Below are positions 1 to 18,570 of a stretch of DNA of 64,000 nucleotides, in pieces. Within the stretch, counting starts at the first letter, position 1; the number at the start of each line of letters is the position of its first letter. The translations under genes were made by a program, and so were the position numbers. Below the pieces are notes generated by a model. It worked only from the letters and a program-made list of their open reading frames with translations. It did no database searches and had not been told where the DNA came from. Source of the DNA: Eledone cirrhosa (Eukaryota); the NCBI GenBank assembly GCA_964016885.1, contig OZ024750.1, forward strand, positions 47,988,001-48,052,000, in the 5' to 3' direction.

Positions 1-366
1 ATAAGTGTCAAATATATAAGCTATATAATTTAAATATACAAGAAAATGTTTAAGGATTTATATTATAGTTTAATATCATATTTAAAGTATAATTTATAAT
101 GAATTATACTTGATCACACGAATGTCTATATTTGTTAATATTTTGAATTAATATATATATAGAGAGAGAGAGAGAGAGTGTGAGAGTGTGAGAGAGAGAG
201 ATATATAGAGAGAGAGTGAGAGTGAGAAGTTGTTACACAACAGTCAGTTCACCATACTGACATCAATGTTTCCGCTAAGGTGAAACAATTGTTCTCGGTA
301 TGGCGAACTAACTCGTCCATGGACTGAGTGCTCTGCCACTACGTATATTACCTTCCAGTGTTCTAC

Positions 367-418
<52 letters not shown>

Positions 419-1112
419 ATACTATTTATAGTTATGTATATGGTATAAACAACTATAAAGAGGAAGGTCAGATGTATAAACATCAGTTGTTTTACAGAGC
501 AGGAAAATAATTAATAAATAAATAAATTATACAATTATCAAAGTTGTGTTCAAATCATTTAATAGCTGACAATCGTTTCTTCCAAACTCTCGTTTGGAGT
601 CGTCGGAGCATTGTCAATGTTTGCACATAGAATTAACCTCCTATTCAACTGAACAATAATATAGATACATATAAATTGATGTCGTGAACAATAGTTTTGA
701 CAGGGCGGAATGGATGTGAGCTATATTTTACGAGAATTGTACAATAATTGTAGCAACATTCAAGTTCAAATTCAAATTCAAATTAATCTAAAATCAAAAT
801 CAAAATCAATTATTGTTCAGTTGAATAGGAGGTTAATTATATTATATATATATACGCCCTCATCAGATAAAATATAACTCAATTCCAGGACTGCCAATAC
901 TGGAATTGAACCATCAATCAATTGAGCTATGTAATACATTGAGGGCGTATTGCAAAAACAGCACAGTACCTCTGAAATATATATAATAAAACACATATTT
1001 TGATTATGTGAACGTATTCATTTATTAATATTTTGTATAATACAATATATATACATACATATATATAAAATTATATATATATATGCACACACACACACAT
1101 ATCTATATATGT

Positions 1113-1153
<41 letters not shown>

Positions 1154-2062
1154 CCCTCCAGTTTTTTTCCCATTATATACATGTTTGTGTATATTTTAAT
1201 TATCCCAAAATTATTCTTTGGTGAACGTGACCCAACGTATGATTTAGTATATATATGAAATTATAAACTTACACATATATATTTATATATACATATATAT
1301 ATATACACTCACAAACACACACACACACACACACGCGCATCGATCTCAGCTTAACTTGGAAATATATGCAATCATATTGCTAAAACTAAAACCTTTTATC
1401 CTGTGCACGGCGGATGACTTTCGAATTATTTTTGTTAAAGACTACGTAATTAAAAATACCATTTGAAAAGATTAATTCATCTGAAACATAGAAACTACAA
1501 AATACAAAACGTCTTTTACTCTGTTCTCGTAACCTTGACATTAATACATTAATCTCTTCCATCGATTGCTGTTGGTGCTTTCATCTTTTTAGACCTTAAG
1601 TGTAACACTATATTTTTACCTTGTAACTTATTGATAATTGCAATAAATTCTCTCTAATTAATTTTAATTATTGATATTCTTCCTTACACTTAATTAGTGT
1701 TATCGACTAATTCTATCTTCTTTGTAAATGATTCCCTAGTGTGAAAATGTTGATGTAAACATTCACTTCTAACAATCTTTAGCCTTCTCAAGTTTAGCTA
1801 TACCATTTTTAATCCATGTAATGTACTTCAACAGAGTTTTTAACTAGAGGAATATCACACTTGCATATCTTTACCTTATCAATTAATAATCTAGAGCATA
1901 TTAGCTTGTTTTGTTTTGGTCTTTCGAATTCATCACTTGTTTTCTAATCTACCATGAAGATTATATATTTAATATTTTAAATTCGACACACACTTATATA
2001 TTTTTATAAATAAATGTGTCTGTATATATATTTATATATTTTTGTATGTAGTTATCTTTCTA

Positions 2063-2102
<40 letters not shown>

Positions 2103-2192
2103 AAAGTTAAACAAGGTTCAATGAATACATCAAAGAATGAGTTTTACAATAGATTGGAAGCACTCAACATTTATTGTTTTCCAGAGTGTTTA

Positions 2193-2301
2193 ATATTAAT
2201 TCAAAATATTAACAAAATAGATATTCTTGTGATCAAGTATATGTTATTATTTAATAACATATACTTGATCACAAGAATATCTATGTTGTTAATATTTTGA
2301 A

Positions 2302-2308
<7 letters not shown>
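2193..2308. repeat. Near-perfect palindrome (fold-back insertion between TA tracts, element 2101-2308)
   Basis: atattaattcaaaatattaacaaaatagatattcttgtgatcaagtatatgttatta is followed directly by its reverse complement. A related end fragment lies at 105-152. Confidence 0.9.
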
Positions 2309-2366
<58 letters not shown>

Positions 2367-2656
2367 GCATACATGAAGCATTGTTGAATAGGAAACACAA
2401 CCATTAAATAAATTTGGAAATCATACGATGCACTAGAAATAAAATCAAGATTTCTAAAATGACAATAGAATCTTACCTTAGCAAAGTTGATAATCCCAAT
2501 TATTTTCGGATTTAAAAATCCATCATGAAGGGAGTTACCACATGAACGATTTAAAATATCGATCAGAGTTGCCTTGTTTGTTTGTAAAACTCATTTATGT
2601 TAAATCTGCTATCAGTGCATTGTATGGTGTTCAAAATTATTTTAATTTGTTTCCTG

Positions 2657-2690
<34 letters not shown>

Positions 2691-2694
<4 letters not shown>

Positions 2695-3210
2695 AAAGAA
2701 TAGAGGTGGAACACACAAGTTATTATATATGGTAAACGGAATAGAAAATGCTGACAAATTGTTCACAGTTGAAAAATGGTTTAATTAGGAATAAAAGAGT
2801 ATTAGTGATAGTATGGGTTAGTATTCAGTTGTGGTTTTACGTTTTTAAGTTTTTACCGGTTGCGCATTTCTAAATGCTTTTCAAAAATAATTTTGAGATA
2901 GAGTGTCCGTGCTGTTTGCTCTGATCTGATTAGTTTTGGGAATTCTACCTGTTTTTCTGTTAAAAAAGTGGCTCCAGCTTTATTTTTGTGTTGCAAAAAT
3001 GCTTGTGGTCAAAACAATTTTGATTGGTCGGTAGAGGTCATGTGAATGGAAAAAGTTGATTTTGCGCCAAGACTGTTTTTATGTTAAAAATGTTAAAAAA
3101 GTGGCTCCAGCAAAAATTATTGGTCAAAACAATTTTGATTCGTCGGTAGAGGTCATGTGGATAAAAAATTGGTTTTGCGCCAAGATTGAGAAATGACTCT
3201 TTCACAACAA

Positions 3211-3272
<62 letters not shown>

Positions 3273-5353
3273 TAGTAGTAGTAGTAAGGTGTTCGATGCT
3301 GCGACAATGGCCAGCAGCGATGAGTGTCAAATGGCTATTAAGATAAGTGTGTGTGTGTGAGTGTGTGTGTGTGTGTGTGTGCATATATATAGCAGAGTCA
3401 TTCGAAGGTCAAAAGATATTTTTCAGCTTTTGTCTTATATGGAGAAGTGCGTGTGTGTGTGTGTGTATAAGTCTCTTTGTATGTTGATGTACGCGTGTGT
3501 ATGTGTTTGTGTATATATGTGTGTGTGTGTGTGTGTGTGTATGTGTGGGTGGACCAGTATTTTTTCCCCCTGGTAAAATGGTGTACATTATTCGATTTTT
3601 TCAGTAAAATCGGTTCTCTTAATAGAACATCAAAAATCTTAACAATAAAAGGTGTGAAATGATATTCACTATATATATACACACACACACATACATTCAC
3701 TACATATATATATATATATACATATATACATATATACATACATATATATGCACATATATTTTTTTTTTTGCACCATAGAGCATGTGTGTTTACGTGTGTC
3801 ATTGTGTTTATATGTGGGTAGAGATGTGTGCTGATGTAGGTATGTATGTTGACGTGTGTATGTTGTGGGTTCGTCTTAGGGAGAAGTGTTTAGACGGGGT
3901 CCGTATTTTTTAATGAAGTAAGATTCCTTGCTGATGCGCTGGGTGTGGGTGGCATTATCTTTAAATTTGTAGAGGGGAGAGATTCTGGAGTTGGGATGAT
4001 TTTGGGCGGCACAGGTATCAATGTGTTCACTCAGTGGTATTTTCCTGTATTCCCGTATTTTAATTTGGGATCTATGGACAGTCATGCGTTGGCGGAGGCT
4101 GTTTTTGGTCTGGCCTATGTATTGTTCTCGACAACCTGAACAAGTTAATACATATATTTGATTTTCCGATGCACATGTGAAATTGTGTTTTACTATAAAA
4201 CGTTGTCCATCCTTGAAATAGAATTCCGAACCCTCTATTAGGTTGATGCAAATGCCACAGTTGGGTCTATCGCATTTTTTTACTGTGGGTTTCGTTGTTG
4301 TGGTTGGCAGTACTTTGGCATGTGTTAAGATGTTTTTCATTGACTTGGATTGTCTTTTGCTCTTTATGATATCGTGTGTTCGTAGAATTTGGTTCATTCT
4401 ATGGTCCTTTTTCAATACAGGGATGTTCTGGAGGATGGTGTCAAAGACCTCATTGTTGAGGGGGTTGTGTGTGGAGATGTATGGAAGAGCTTTTAGTTTT
4501 GGTTGATTTACTTTAGGGTGTCTAAGGTCCTGGGTACTGAGTTTTAGGGCACGTTGGATTACATTGTCAATTAGTGATGCAGGGTAGTCCCTGCCTATGA
4601 GTGTGTCCTTTAGTTCTTGTAGCCGTAAGTAGCAGATGTTTTTATTGGAGACTATAGTACAGATTCTCTTGGCTAAGTTGTAGGGAATATTAATTTTAAC
4701 GTGTCTAGGGTGGCAAGACTTGAAGGGGAGGTATTGCTTGGAGTCTGTGGGCTTGTAGTATATGTCTGTTTCTATTTTTTTGTTATGGATCTTAATGAGG
4801 ATGTCGAGGAAGGGGAGTTGTTGATGGCTGTATTCCATCGTGAAGTTAATATTTGTGTTGAGCCCATTTATAAGGGTGTAAAATTCTTTAAGTTTTTCGA
4901 TGTGTTCGTGCCAAAGAATGAAGCAGTCATCTAGATATCGCTTCCAGTTCCTTTAAATGTGTAAGTGGAGGGTGTTTCCAAATTTGTTTAGGACTTTAGT
5001 GTAGAGGGTGATTTCCAGGTATCCCATGACTAGGTTGGCATAAGTAGGGGCTGTTTTCGTTCCCATAGCGGTCCCAGATTTCTGCCTGTAGGGTTTGTTA
5101 TTGAAAACGAAGTAAATGTTCTCCAAGATAAATTTGAGTCCCTCTATCACGAATTCTTTTTTGATGCGTTGTGGGAGTTCATCGTGGTAAAAACTTAAAA
5201 ACTTAAAACCACAACTGAATACTAACCCATACAATCACTAATACTCTTTTATTCCTAATTAAACCATTTTTCAACTGTGAACAATTTGTCAGCATTTTCT
5301 ATTCCGTTTACCAATATATAATAACTTGTGTGTTACACCTCTATTCTTTTAAC
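2691..5353 (-). mobile_element. 5'-truncated Penelope-like element (Neptune-type) with inverted terminal copy of its 3' end, inserted in (TA)n
   Basis: RT plus GIY-YIG coding sequence on the minus strand. 2691-2857 is the reverse complement of 5186-5353. (TA)n on both sides. The 3' UTR has a ~130-bp tandem duplication (2958-3073 / 3091-3185) and CA/TA microsatellites. Confidence 0.9.
3876..5185 (-). pseudogene. PLE reverse transcriptase (C-terminal half) plus GIY-YIG endonuclease, one in-frame stop at ~4953
   Basis: GTAMGTKTAPTYANLVMGYLE, WKRYLDDCF (4921-4947), thumb LPFLDI...YYKPTD...SCHPRH, Cys motif CDRPNCGIC, and QIYVLTCSGCREQYIGQT...RMTVH. Cys-rich linker is typical of Neptune-type PLEs. 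Confidence 0.92.
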
Positions 5354-5448
<95 letters not shown>

Positions 5449-5673
5449 GTATATATGTACATAAATCTACCAAAATATACGGTAGTGTCTAATCCGTATG
5501 AAGAACTCATTGTAATCCAAATATCATGAAAAGAGAAGATGCATTCAGAAATGTTTGATGAAAATTCTAGAAACGATCGTAAAATGCTGAAAGTTTTAAT
5601 AGGAGGAACCTGTTCTTTGCTTTTATTTCATTCATTGTTTTTATTAATTTATATATTTACATATATATATATA

Positions 5674-7636
<1,963 letters not shown>

Positions 7637-7689
7637 GTTTTAGTTTGATGTAAGGAATGTAGAGAATAATAATAATAATATTAATAATA

Positions 7690-7877
7690 ATTATTTCTAC
7701 TTTAGGCACAAGGCCAGCAATTACCCAGTGCATTACTGGTACTTTATTTTATCGACCCCCGTAAGGATGAAAAGCAAAGTCAACCTAGGCGGAATTTGAA
7801 CTCATATCGTAAAGGGACGTAACTATGCTGGAAAGCATGGCATCCGACCCTCTACCGATACTGCCAATCCACCGCCT
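7690..7877 (-). mobile_element. tRNA-derived SINE (Deu/Nin-type central domain)
   Basis: Reverse complement has an A-box-like TGGCAGTATCGG, a B-box GAGTTCAAATTC and the central domain CTTTTCATCCTTACGGGGGTCGATAAAATAAAGTACCAG. Many copies in the window. Confidence 0.85.
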
Positions 7878-7949
7878 TTATAATAGTAATAATAATAATA
7901 TTAATAATAATATTAATAATATTTATAATAATATTAATAATATTAATAT

Positions 7950-8135
7950 TAATTGTTTCTACTTTAGGCACAAGGCCAGCAATTACCCAGTGCATTACTG
8001 GTACTTTATTTTATCGACCCCGTAAGGATGAAAGGCAAAGTCAACCTCGGCGGGATTTGAACTCAGATCGTAAAGGGACGTAACTAACCTGGAAAGCATG
8101 GCGTCCGACCCTCTACCGACACTGCCAATCCTCCT
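7950..8135 (-). mobile_element. tRNA-derived SINE, tandem copy
   Basis: Same sequence family as 7690-7877. Confidence 0.85.
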
Positions 8136-8726
8136 GTCCATTTACAATTGTTTCGCTACTCCATATAATATTTCTGGATCAGATGACTACATATCATTAT
8201 TGATCTGGTTGAGTTGAAAGTAATTAACATATTTAAAAAGAGAGCGGCTCATCGGAACTTCAAAGGAATATAAATTCAAATAAGGAGAGAATGTTACATT
8301 ATGTAATGTTGCATATACTGGAATTAGGACTTCACTATGAACTACCCACAATTTCTAATCTCTCGAGGAGTTGCTTCCTGTTAAACCACCCTCTAATTAG
8401 TAAGATAAATATGTCATTTGGCGGCCATCTTGCTACCCATAGGCAGATCTCACACAATGCAGCCTCGACAGATGAATACTGATTGATATGGCTGAAATAG
8501 TGAAATACCAATATATGGAACATTACATTATGTAGCATTCTCTCCTTATTTTAATTTATATTCCTTTGAAGTTCCGATGAGCCGATCTGTTTTTAAAAAT
8601 GTTAATTATTTTCAACTGAACCAGATCAATTATGATATATAGTCATCTGATCCAGAAATTTTATATGTAGTAGCGAAACAATTGTACACGGACATTATTA
8701 TTATTAATATTATTATTATTATATAA

Positions 8727-8915
8727 GGGCGGTGGATTGGCAGTATCGGTAGAGGGTCGGACCCCATGATTTCCAGCATAGTCACGTCCCTTTACGATCT
8801 GAGTTCAAATCCCGCCGAGGTTGACTTTGCCTTTCATCCTTACGAGGTCGATAAAATAAAGTACCAGTAATGCACTGGGTAATTACTGGCCTTGTGCCTA
8901 AAGTAGAAGCAATTA
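8727..8915 (+). mobile_element. tRNA-derived SINE inside the right arm of an inverted duplication
   Basis: ggcggtggattggcagtatcggtag...gagttcaaatccc...gcctttcatccttacgaggtcgataaaataaagtaccag. Confidence 0.85.
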
Positions 8916-9031
8916 TTATTAATATTATTACATCAAACTACATCAAACTTACATCAAACTAAATTATCTTGACAATCTTTCAATAATGTCTTACTTGTGA
9001 AATTCGTGCTCTTGTTTTGGTTAACTAATGA

Positions 9032-9086
<55 letters not shown>

Positions 9087-9235
9087 CCCTATACCTCAAC
9101 CCCATTTGCATATTCATCTTAAAATATTTGAAATATTTGACTTTTCCTCTCTTTCCCCTTTCTCCTTTTATTATCCGGGAAAAACTTGAAACGTTAAGAT
9201 CTCCTTCCTGGATATGTCAATATTTGTAAAACAAA

Positions 9236-9420
9236 CTGATGAGGGCGTACCACAGTTTTGGTACCCTTGAAATATATATAATAGAATAAATATGGTTTTA
9301 TAAATATAGTACCCATTTATTAAAATCATTGATATTATACTCCAGATTCTGCGGAGTGCTTTGAATCAGTTATAAACATATAATTGTTGAATTACCAAAT
9401 TAAGAATCCCTTTTGCTTAT
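9236..9420 (+). mobile_element. HHR-bearing short element, family B (3' portion)
   Basis: CTGATGA-gggcgtaccacagttttggtaccctt-GAAA-tatata-TA-atagaata, then AATAAA and ACTCC..GAGTGCT. The 5' strand of stem I is lost at a junction. Homologous to 34971-35306, 36130-36465, 48042-48242 and a fragment at 23002-23047. Confidence 0.75.
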
Positions 9421-9624
9421 ATATAAAAACCACAGACCCTCCATCTCAACTCTATTTTTGAAAAGCAGAAGAACGGCGAAACCGGTAAAGGAACCAAATA
9501 ATAAATATATATATATTTTTAAAAATAAGACTCCAGTTGCATTTTCGATTTCATCTTTTTTTCTTTATACTTTCACTCGTGTAGGACAGCTCGGTTATTT
9601 TTCATTTTGTAAAAAAAACCTCAC

Positions 9625-9701
<77 letters not shown>

Positions 9702-10089
9702 TCTTATTCTTGTTTTATATTCCGGTATATCTCTATATATCTATATAGTCCAACATATCTTTCTCTAAGTAATATTAACTCATATGTACTCGCTGACCGG
9801 TTCATTTCGACACTGTTTTGTCACGGAGCGATATTCCAGAAAAAATGATCGATAATAAAGTCTATTGATAACAAGTATTCGTCTATAACACGCAAACAAC
9901 ACAGAAACGCGCGCACACATACACACACTCACACATGTATATATATATATATATATATACATGTATATATATATCTATATGCGTGCGTGTGAGTGTGTAT
10001 TTGTGTGTTTGTTTGTTTGTTTGTGTGTTTATGCATCTATATGTATGTATCTATTTATGATTATATATGTATGCTTGTGTATATTTAAG

Positions 10090-10305
<216 letters not shown>

Positions 10306-10330
10306 CATACATATATATATATATACATAC

Positions 10331-10364
<34 letters not shown>

Positions 10365-10368
10365 ATAC

Positions 10369-10413
10369 ATATATGTATACGTACATACATATATGTATAC
10401 AGACGTACAGTAG

Positions 10414-10461
<48 letters not shown>

Positions 10462-11125
10462 TGTATACGTACATACATATATGTATACAGACGTACAGTA
10501 GTATGTATATATATATACATATATGTATACGTACATACATACATGTATACAGACGTACAGTAGTATGTATATATATATACATACATGCACACACATATAT
10601 ATGTACGTATGGATTCACCGAACATTTATTATAATGCTCGGCGCGTTTGTAAACAAACATCCCGTATTAAGCCGTAGTGTCTAGAGACCACCGTTGCTCG
10701 TGTGTTCAACACTGACAAAGGAACGCTGTACTAGTTTCAAGCTTATTAGCTATCGTCAGCAATGTATACCTTCCTGCCAGATGGTTGAACGTCTGAAAGT
10801 ATATACTTTCCTTATGCATATTAACGGCTGAGCAGCCTAATTTGCATATCGACTGAGTTAATCGGCCGGGGTACCGAAAATGATAAACGGAAAAAATGAA
10901 ACGAAATTTCATTTCTCACTCTTTGTTCGTCAGTTACTTAAATATAAGTATGTATACGTACATACATATATCTATAGAGACGTACAGTAGTATGTATATA
11001 TATATATATATATATATACATACATGCACACGTATATATAGGTACGTATGGATTCACTGAACATTTATTAAAATGCACGGCGTGTTTGTAAACAAACATC
11101 CCGTATTAAGCCGTACAGTGTCTAG
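10369..11125. repeat. Local tandem/direct repeats (tatgtatacgtacatacata..gacgtacagtagtatg x4; ~80-bp repeat at 10604-10684 / 11043-11125)
   Basis: Repeats are directly visible; no coding signal or HHR core seen. Confidence 0.75.
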
Positions 11126-11139
11126 CAACCATCGTTGCT

Positions 11140-11757
11140 GATTTGTTATGTCAGGTCACCAGTTGTTGCTACTGGTAACATGTATCCCAGTACAACCTGT
11201 CCCATGATCGTGTCGTTGGCGACTAAAGTGGCAACCCCACCAATGTTTCTTGGTGAGGAGGGTGACTTTGGACATCCCGCAGGACTAAAAACAAAACATG
11301 TCAAAGGGCAGAGGAGCTCTTAAGAGTCAATGGCCATCCAAAATCACAGGGAGTGATGACCCCTTAGCCTTTGTCAAGGCAGAATTCTAGGAGAAGGAAA
11401 CCTCTTATATAACACCTGCAGCCCTGATGGTATCCAATGATGTTGACTTGCTCTTCTTTTTGGTAAATATCATCTTGGTTAAGAGAGTGGGGCTGGCTTT
11501 GTGCAGTGCCTTTGCTCACTATAAAAGCTTCACGGCAGAGGCATTGCTTTATATCTGAAGATCTCTCTGCACTTGTCGTCACATGGTACGATGGGCCCAG
11601 CACAATGTGTCAATAATTGTCACAAGTTTAGTGTTTGTACCAGAGTTTTCAAGTTGCTGGCTGGACTAAAAGGTCACACTCGTTCAGCGCATCGGTAGGG
11701 TTTTCCTACATGGATATAAAGTAGTGGCCGTACCCCAAAACGAGTTGGCAGCCACCA
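11140..11757 (+). mobile_element. GC-richer repeat fragment, possibly the 5' UTR region of an RTE-type LINE
   Basis: Composition shift and the motif ctaggagaaggaaacctc, which resembles RTE 5' UTRs. No ORF support. Confidence 0.3.
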
Positions 11758-11804
11758 TGTATATATATATTTGTGTGGTTTAATATGTTTATGTATATAT
11801 ATGT

Positions 11805-12310
11805 ATTAGAATTGGAGCTCTGAAATAGCAATATATATATGGATGTATATATAATGTATTTTGCAATACACTTTATGCTTAATTAAAAGCATTTTGAAGA
11901 CCGTAAGCTATTGTTTTAAAGTAGTGACAACTTAACTCACTTTGATCTTAGCAAATAGGGGAGATAAACCGATAAGACTTGCTTCGCTTTGGTTGAAGCT
12001 TATCAAGGCCAACTACCCCACCTGTCTGCTGAGATCAATGATGTTATATTCTTATAGAAATCTAGTAAATAATCAGGAGCTGATTATGCAGAACAGTTGT
12101 TGGTCAGGCAGAAATTAAAAATTAGAATTGGAGCTCTGAAATAGCAATATATATATGGATGAATATATAATGTATTTAGCAATACACTTTATGCTTAATT
12201 AAAAGCATTTTGAAGACCGTAAGCTATTGCTTTAATGTAGTGACAAATTCACTCACTTCGATCTCAGCAAACAAGGGAGATAAGCCGACAAGACTTGTTT
12301 CGCTTTGGTT
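11805..12310 (-). mobile_element. Retrozyme-like element, family A2 (316-bp unit, ~1.6 copies), degenerate U3-A8 HHR at 11967-12010
   Basis: attagaattggagctctgaaatagc recurs at 11805 and 12121. Minus strand reads ggcc-TTGATAA-gcttcaaccaaagc-GAAG-caagtctta-TC-ggtt. Homologous to the 310-bp array unit. Confidence 0.8.
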
Positions 12311-13707
<1,397 letters not shown>

Positions 13708-13774
13708 GATATATATGTATATATAGCTGTCGAAGCGGCCGGAGCTCAACTGTCGGGTCCTGTTTACGTATATA

Positions 13775-13940
13775 TACGAGGTGTGTCAGAAACTTTCCAG
13801 GACTGATGTCACAAATGATTTATTTCAAACCCAAACTTAACACTAAAGGTTTTCTCTTTCAAAGTAATCCCTCTGGAGACTAATGCACCTTTCCATCCTT
13901 TTCTGCAACACTTGCATGCTTTCCTGGAAGGATTCTCTCT
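13775..13940 (+). mobile_element. Tc1/mariner-like terminal fragment
   Basis: Begins TA-CGAGGTGTGTCAGAAACTTTCC, resembling mariner-family TIR starts. No second TIR found. Confidence 0.4.
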
Positions 13941-15060
13941 ATCATAGAATTCTACATCTGAATATTCCATACAAAGAACCACATCTTTACATCAAAGATC
14001 TTTGCCAATGTAGTCTACTCACAGTACCTGTCAGGGGACCTATTAGAACTACGTCTATATAACCCCTAGTAAACTCTGGAATAATAAATTTAGTTATAGA
14101 AATCAGCTAGTTACCTCCCCTTATGCATTAACACCCCTTAATCACACACATACTTCCGGATAATAAACCGATGTAAATTCTCGCAACAGAAACAACCAGC
14201 TCTATAAAATTGGATTAAAGATCACTGAGCAGCAGCAACCTAAAATAATTTAATTTAATGCATCAAACATCCAATGCGAAATCATCGATAATTATGTGAA
14301 GGATCTATAAACTATATATTACGTTTCTTGAATATGAAAATGGTTGTGGATACAAAAACCATGACTTTCTATTGCTTTTCCTTTATACTATTTTTCTGCA
14401 CGCAAACTTCAGTATCATATACAAAAAATAGCTTACCACTACAACCTCCATAATACTCTTACTTACCCGCTTTAAGTGCTTCTATTACATGTAACACCCT
14501 GCCGCACAATAATTATATATAAATGAGACACACGTACATGCCCCACGTGTATCTAACGCATAGAATAACTAAAATAACTACTACATCTGACTAACAAACT
14601 ATCCTCTTGCATTATCTATGTTACCTGCCGATTGTATTTTAGTTTTGCTTTGATTTTGTTTTAATGTGATTTTAATGTGATTTTGATTTTGAATTTGAAT
14701 TGCTATACAGAAATATAATATAATATATGTCACTCCACTGTACATCAATATATACATATGTATATGTATGTCTCTTGCGTTGGAAAGGAGGTCAATCATG
14801 TGTACAAACATTGAAAAGTGCTCCGTAGACTTCAAGCGTAGGTTTGTCTGAACAGTTGTAAGTGAATAAATGCTTTGAAAATAGCTTTGATTCTTGTGAA
14901 TTCTATATAACTGCTCTGTAGAACTATTTATGTTATTACATTGAGCTATTTATTTTACTGGTAATAAGGTAGTAGTAAATTACTGACCTTCACTGTTTAG
15001 GGTTTAAAATATATATAACAATAAATAGTTTTATTATATACATAAACATAAATAGTATCC

Positions 15061-15144
<84 letters not shown>

Positions 15145-15148
<4 letters not shown>

Positions 15149-15364
15149 TTAGAAATTATAAGCTTTCACCGTATTTTAGACTAAAGAAATTTCTAGCCTG
15201 ATAGTGGGGTTTATAACCCTAGGAGAAATGGAAAAAGATGAGTGTTGCCGTACATGTACGGCAAAACTCATCTTTTTCCATTTATCCGAGGGTTATAAAC
15301 CCCACTATCAGGCTAGAAATTTCTTTAATCTAAAATACGGTGAAAGCTTATAATTTCTAATTTC
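15145..15364. repeat. 220-bp spacer-less palindrome, part of a fold-back insertion (15141-15421) between TA tracts
   Basis: Centred on cgtacatgtacg with few arm mismatches. Tail is related to 27247-27360. Confidence 0.92.
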
Positions 15365-15420
15365 AAAACTCGCGCACGATTTCAAAAACATACTTACATG
15401 TTTACATTTATAATTTGCTT

Positions 15421-16119
<699 letters not shown>

Positions 16120-16150
16120 GTTATGTAATAAACAACATAAGGCAATTATA

Positions 16151-16207
16151 TCATTTACCAGTGGTTTCTTAAAAGCAAAAAAAAATTGCTTTCAATCATC
16201 AGAATGA
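16151..16207 (-). ncRNA. Type I hammerhead ribozyme (family D) in fold-back element 16119-16340
   Basis: tcatt-CTGATGA-ttgaaagcaa/ttgcttttaa-GAAA-ccactgg-TA-aatga: stem I, stem II, near-palindromic stem III and GUA cleavage triplet all present. Confidence 0.85.
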
Positions 16208-16336
16208 GAAAATCCAGGATTTTCTCATTCTGATGATTGAAAGCAAATTGCCTTAGGTTGTTTATTACATATCTATTAAGCTCTGTTACCTACATAGAGC
16301 ACTCTTTTTTCCTGGACTTTTCCGACGAAATTACTT

Positions 16337-16368
<32 letters not shown>

Positions 16369-16377
16369 CATATATAT

Positions 16378-16424
<47 letters not shown>

Positions 16425-17807
16425 CTGATCTAGTTGTTGAAGCGGCCGGAGCCCAACTGTCGGAGTCCTGAATATTTTCCTATATATGTATATATATATT
16501 TAAAAGAATAATGATTAAACAGATCATTCTGAAGATATTTCTGAAACAATGAATCGAAATTATCCGATTATTTTTCTTACTATATTTAACACATATATTA
16601 TATATCTTGTAACGAAATGTGAGAGATGTTTCACTAAATTAAATGAAATAAATGTTTCTCGTGATCTGTGAAGTTGTTAGGCAACATGGCAGCCACACGT
16701 TCCAAAAGAGCGACACGCAAGGCAGTTTCATCACCAGTTTCAATTGGCCAGCAGGAATACCTCATTACTGACATCCCATCTTATAAATGGTAGAGCACTT
16801 TGGGGATTCTAAATACCGGGTTACTAATAACACGGCTAAGATGTCTTTCATAATAGAACTAAACTGAAGTTAACTATAAAAACATATTAATCTGTCAATT
16901 TATTGACTCTCGGACCGCTGGACCGCCTCAGATTCATTTTAATATATTCAAATATATGTATTTCTGATATGTAATTAACATTTGTGATGCAATTTTGCTC
17001 ATTTTTCTACTTTATATTACGAAAATATTGCTGAAATTAAAAAGAATTTAATTTATTATTCTGTATTTTATTAATTTCGTTATTATATGTGTAAGTTCGA
17101 TGTTTTCATTGACTTTCTAGTACTTGCTAAATGTTTTCATCGAGCCTCACTTTCATATTGATAATGGATATTATCAAACACGATATTATCGTAGATTTTA
17201 TACAGGAACGCAATCTAATATCCACATATATAAATTGAAAAGAAAAATGATAATTTTAGATTTCATCAAACTATTAGCTATTTCCATCTTCGAAAACGTG
17301 GCTCTGCAAATTTTCATTCAAAAAATATTCTCTATTAAAACATTTTGGTCAGGCACTCTACGGTATTTATGCCAAGGTATTTAGTTCGGATGACAGCTGC
17401 AGGTGTCTACTCATATACTACATCGCTGAAAATGTCAGATATATTTCTAAATACTGGAAATTCTTCGAATTTTCAGCCTAGTATATCGTTGAACATAAAA
17501 GGGAAACTGAGATTAAGTAAACATTCTAGAACAGAAAAGAAAATGCGCATACTAGCCTTTTAATTATTAGTAGCTTTCGCTGTGTATTTTATTACAGAAC
17601 AATAACATGTAATATAAGCTCCCAGAACGGAATATAAAAGGTGTGGGAGGAGCCCTATGCGCGATGATATAAATTCTGTCCTGATCTGGGGAATTATATG
17701 ACCTGCTATTTGTATATATTTTGTAGTCAAATATACGGTGAAATCTACTAATTCAAAACAATGTTCAACTTCCAATGACCATCTTCGTAACACACATGTA
17801 CACTTTC

Positions 17808-17876
<69 letters not shown>

Positions 17877-17892
17877 CGTGTGTGTGTGTGTA

Positions 17893-17942
<50 letters not shown>

Positions 17943-18180
17943 TGTGTGTGTGTGTGTGTGTGTGCATGTGTGTGTGTGTGTATATATGTAATATATATAT
18001 GTATATATATATATATATATTTCGTTTCTGAATTTGTTTAGCAAGATTCTTTATCTGAAATCGTGTGTTGAAACCGATATTGTTATACTTTGGAATACAT
18101 TGAAGTGAAAGCAATGGTGCGTGTGTTTCTTATTGGCAACATGACCCTCCCAAAGTATAACAATATATATATATATATAT

Positions 18181-18398
18181 ATAATAACTAGAAATTGATT
18201 AACATATAAATAAACATGAATAATCACAGGAGAAAATGTTTACAAGTGTGTAACCACACATAGCTGTGTATCTATTTTTGAAGTTCTGGTCAACTTTATT
18301 TAGTTACCTACCTAGCTATGTATGGTTATACACTTGTAAAAAATATCTCCTGTGATAATTCATGTTTATTTATATGTTAATCAATTTCTAGTTATTAT
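18181..18398. repeat. Inverted repeat (85-bp arms) in a fold-back insertion 18181-18522 between TA tracts
   Basis: 18181-18265 is the reverse complement of 18313-18398 with a few mismatches. Confidence 0.88.
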
Positions 18399-18514
18399 AA
18401 AATGCTGGGACCTACTCGTTAGAATCTTAGAGCTTATTTTGCGGGTGATATGGCGCATGTCTTTCTGGCATGACACCCATAATTTTGATTTAGATTAAAT
18501 TCATTTGATTTATC

Positions 18515-18570
<56 letters not shown>

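Noticed and set aside
2745-2790. HHR-like CTGACAA...GAAA in the Neptune terminal repeat
   Set aside because: C3-A8 mismatch, no convincing stems I/III, and antisense to the ORF.
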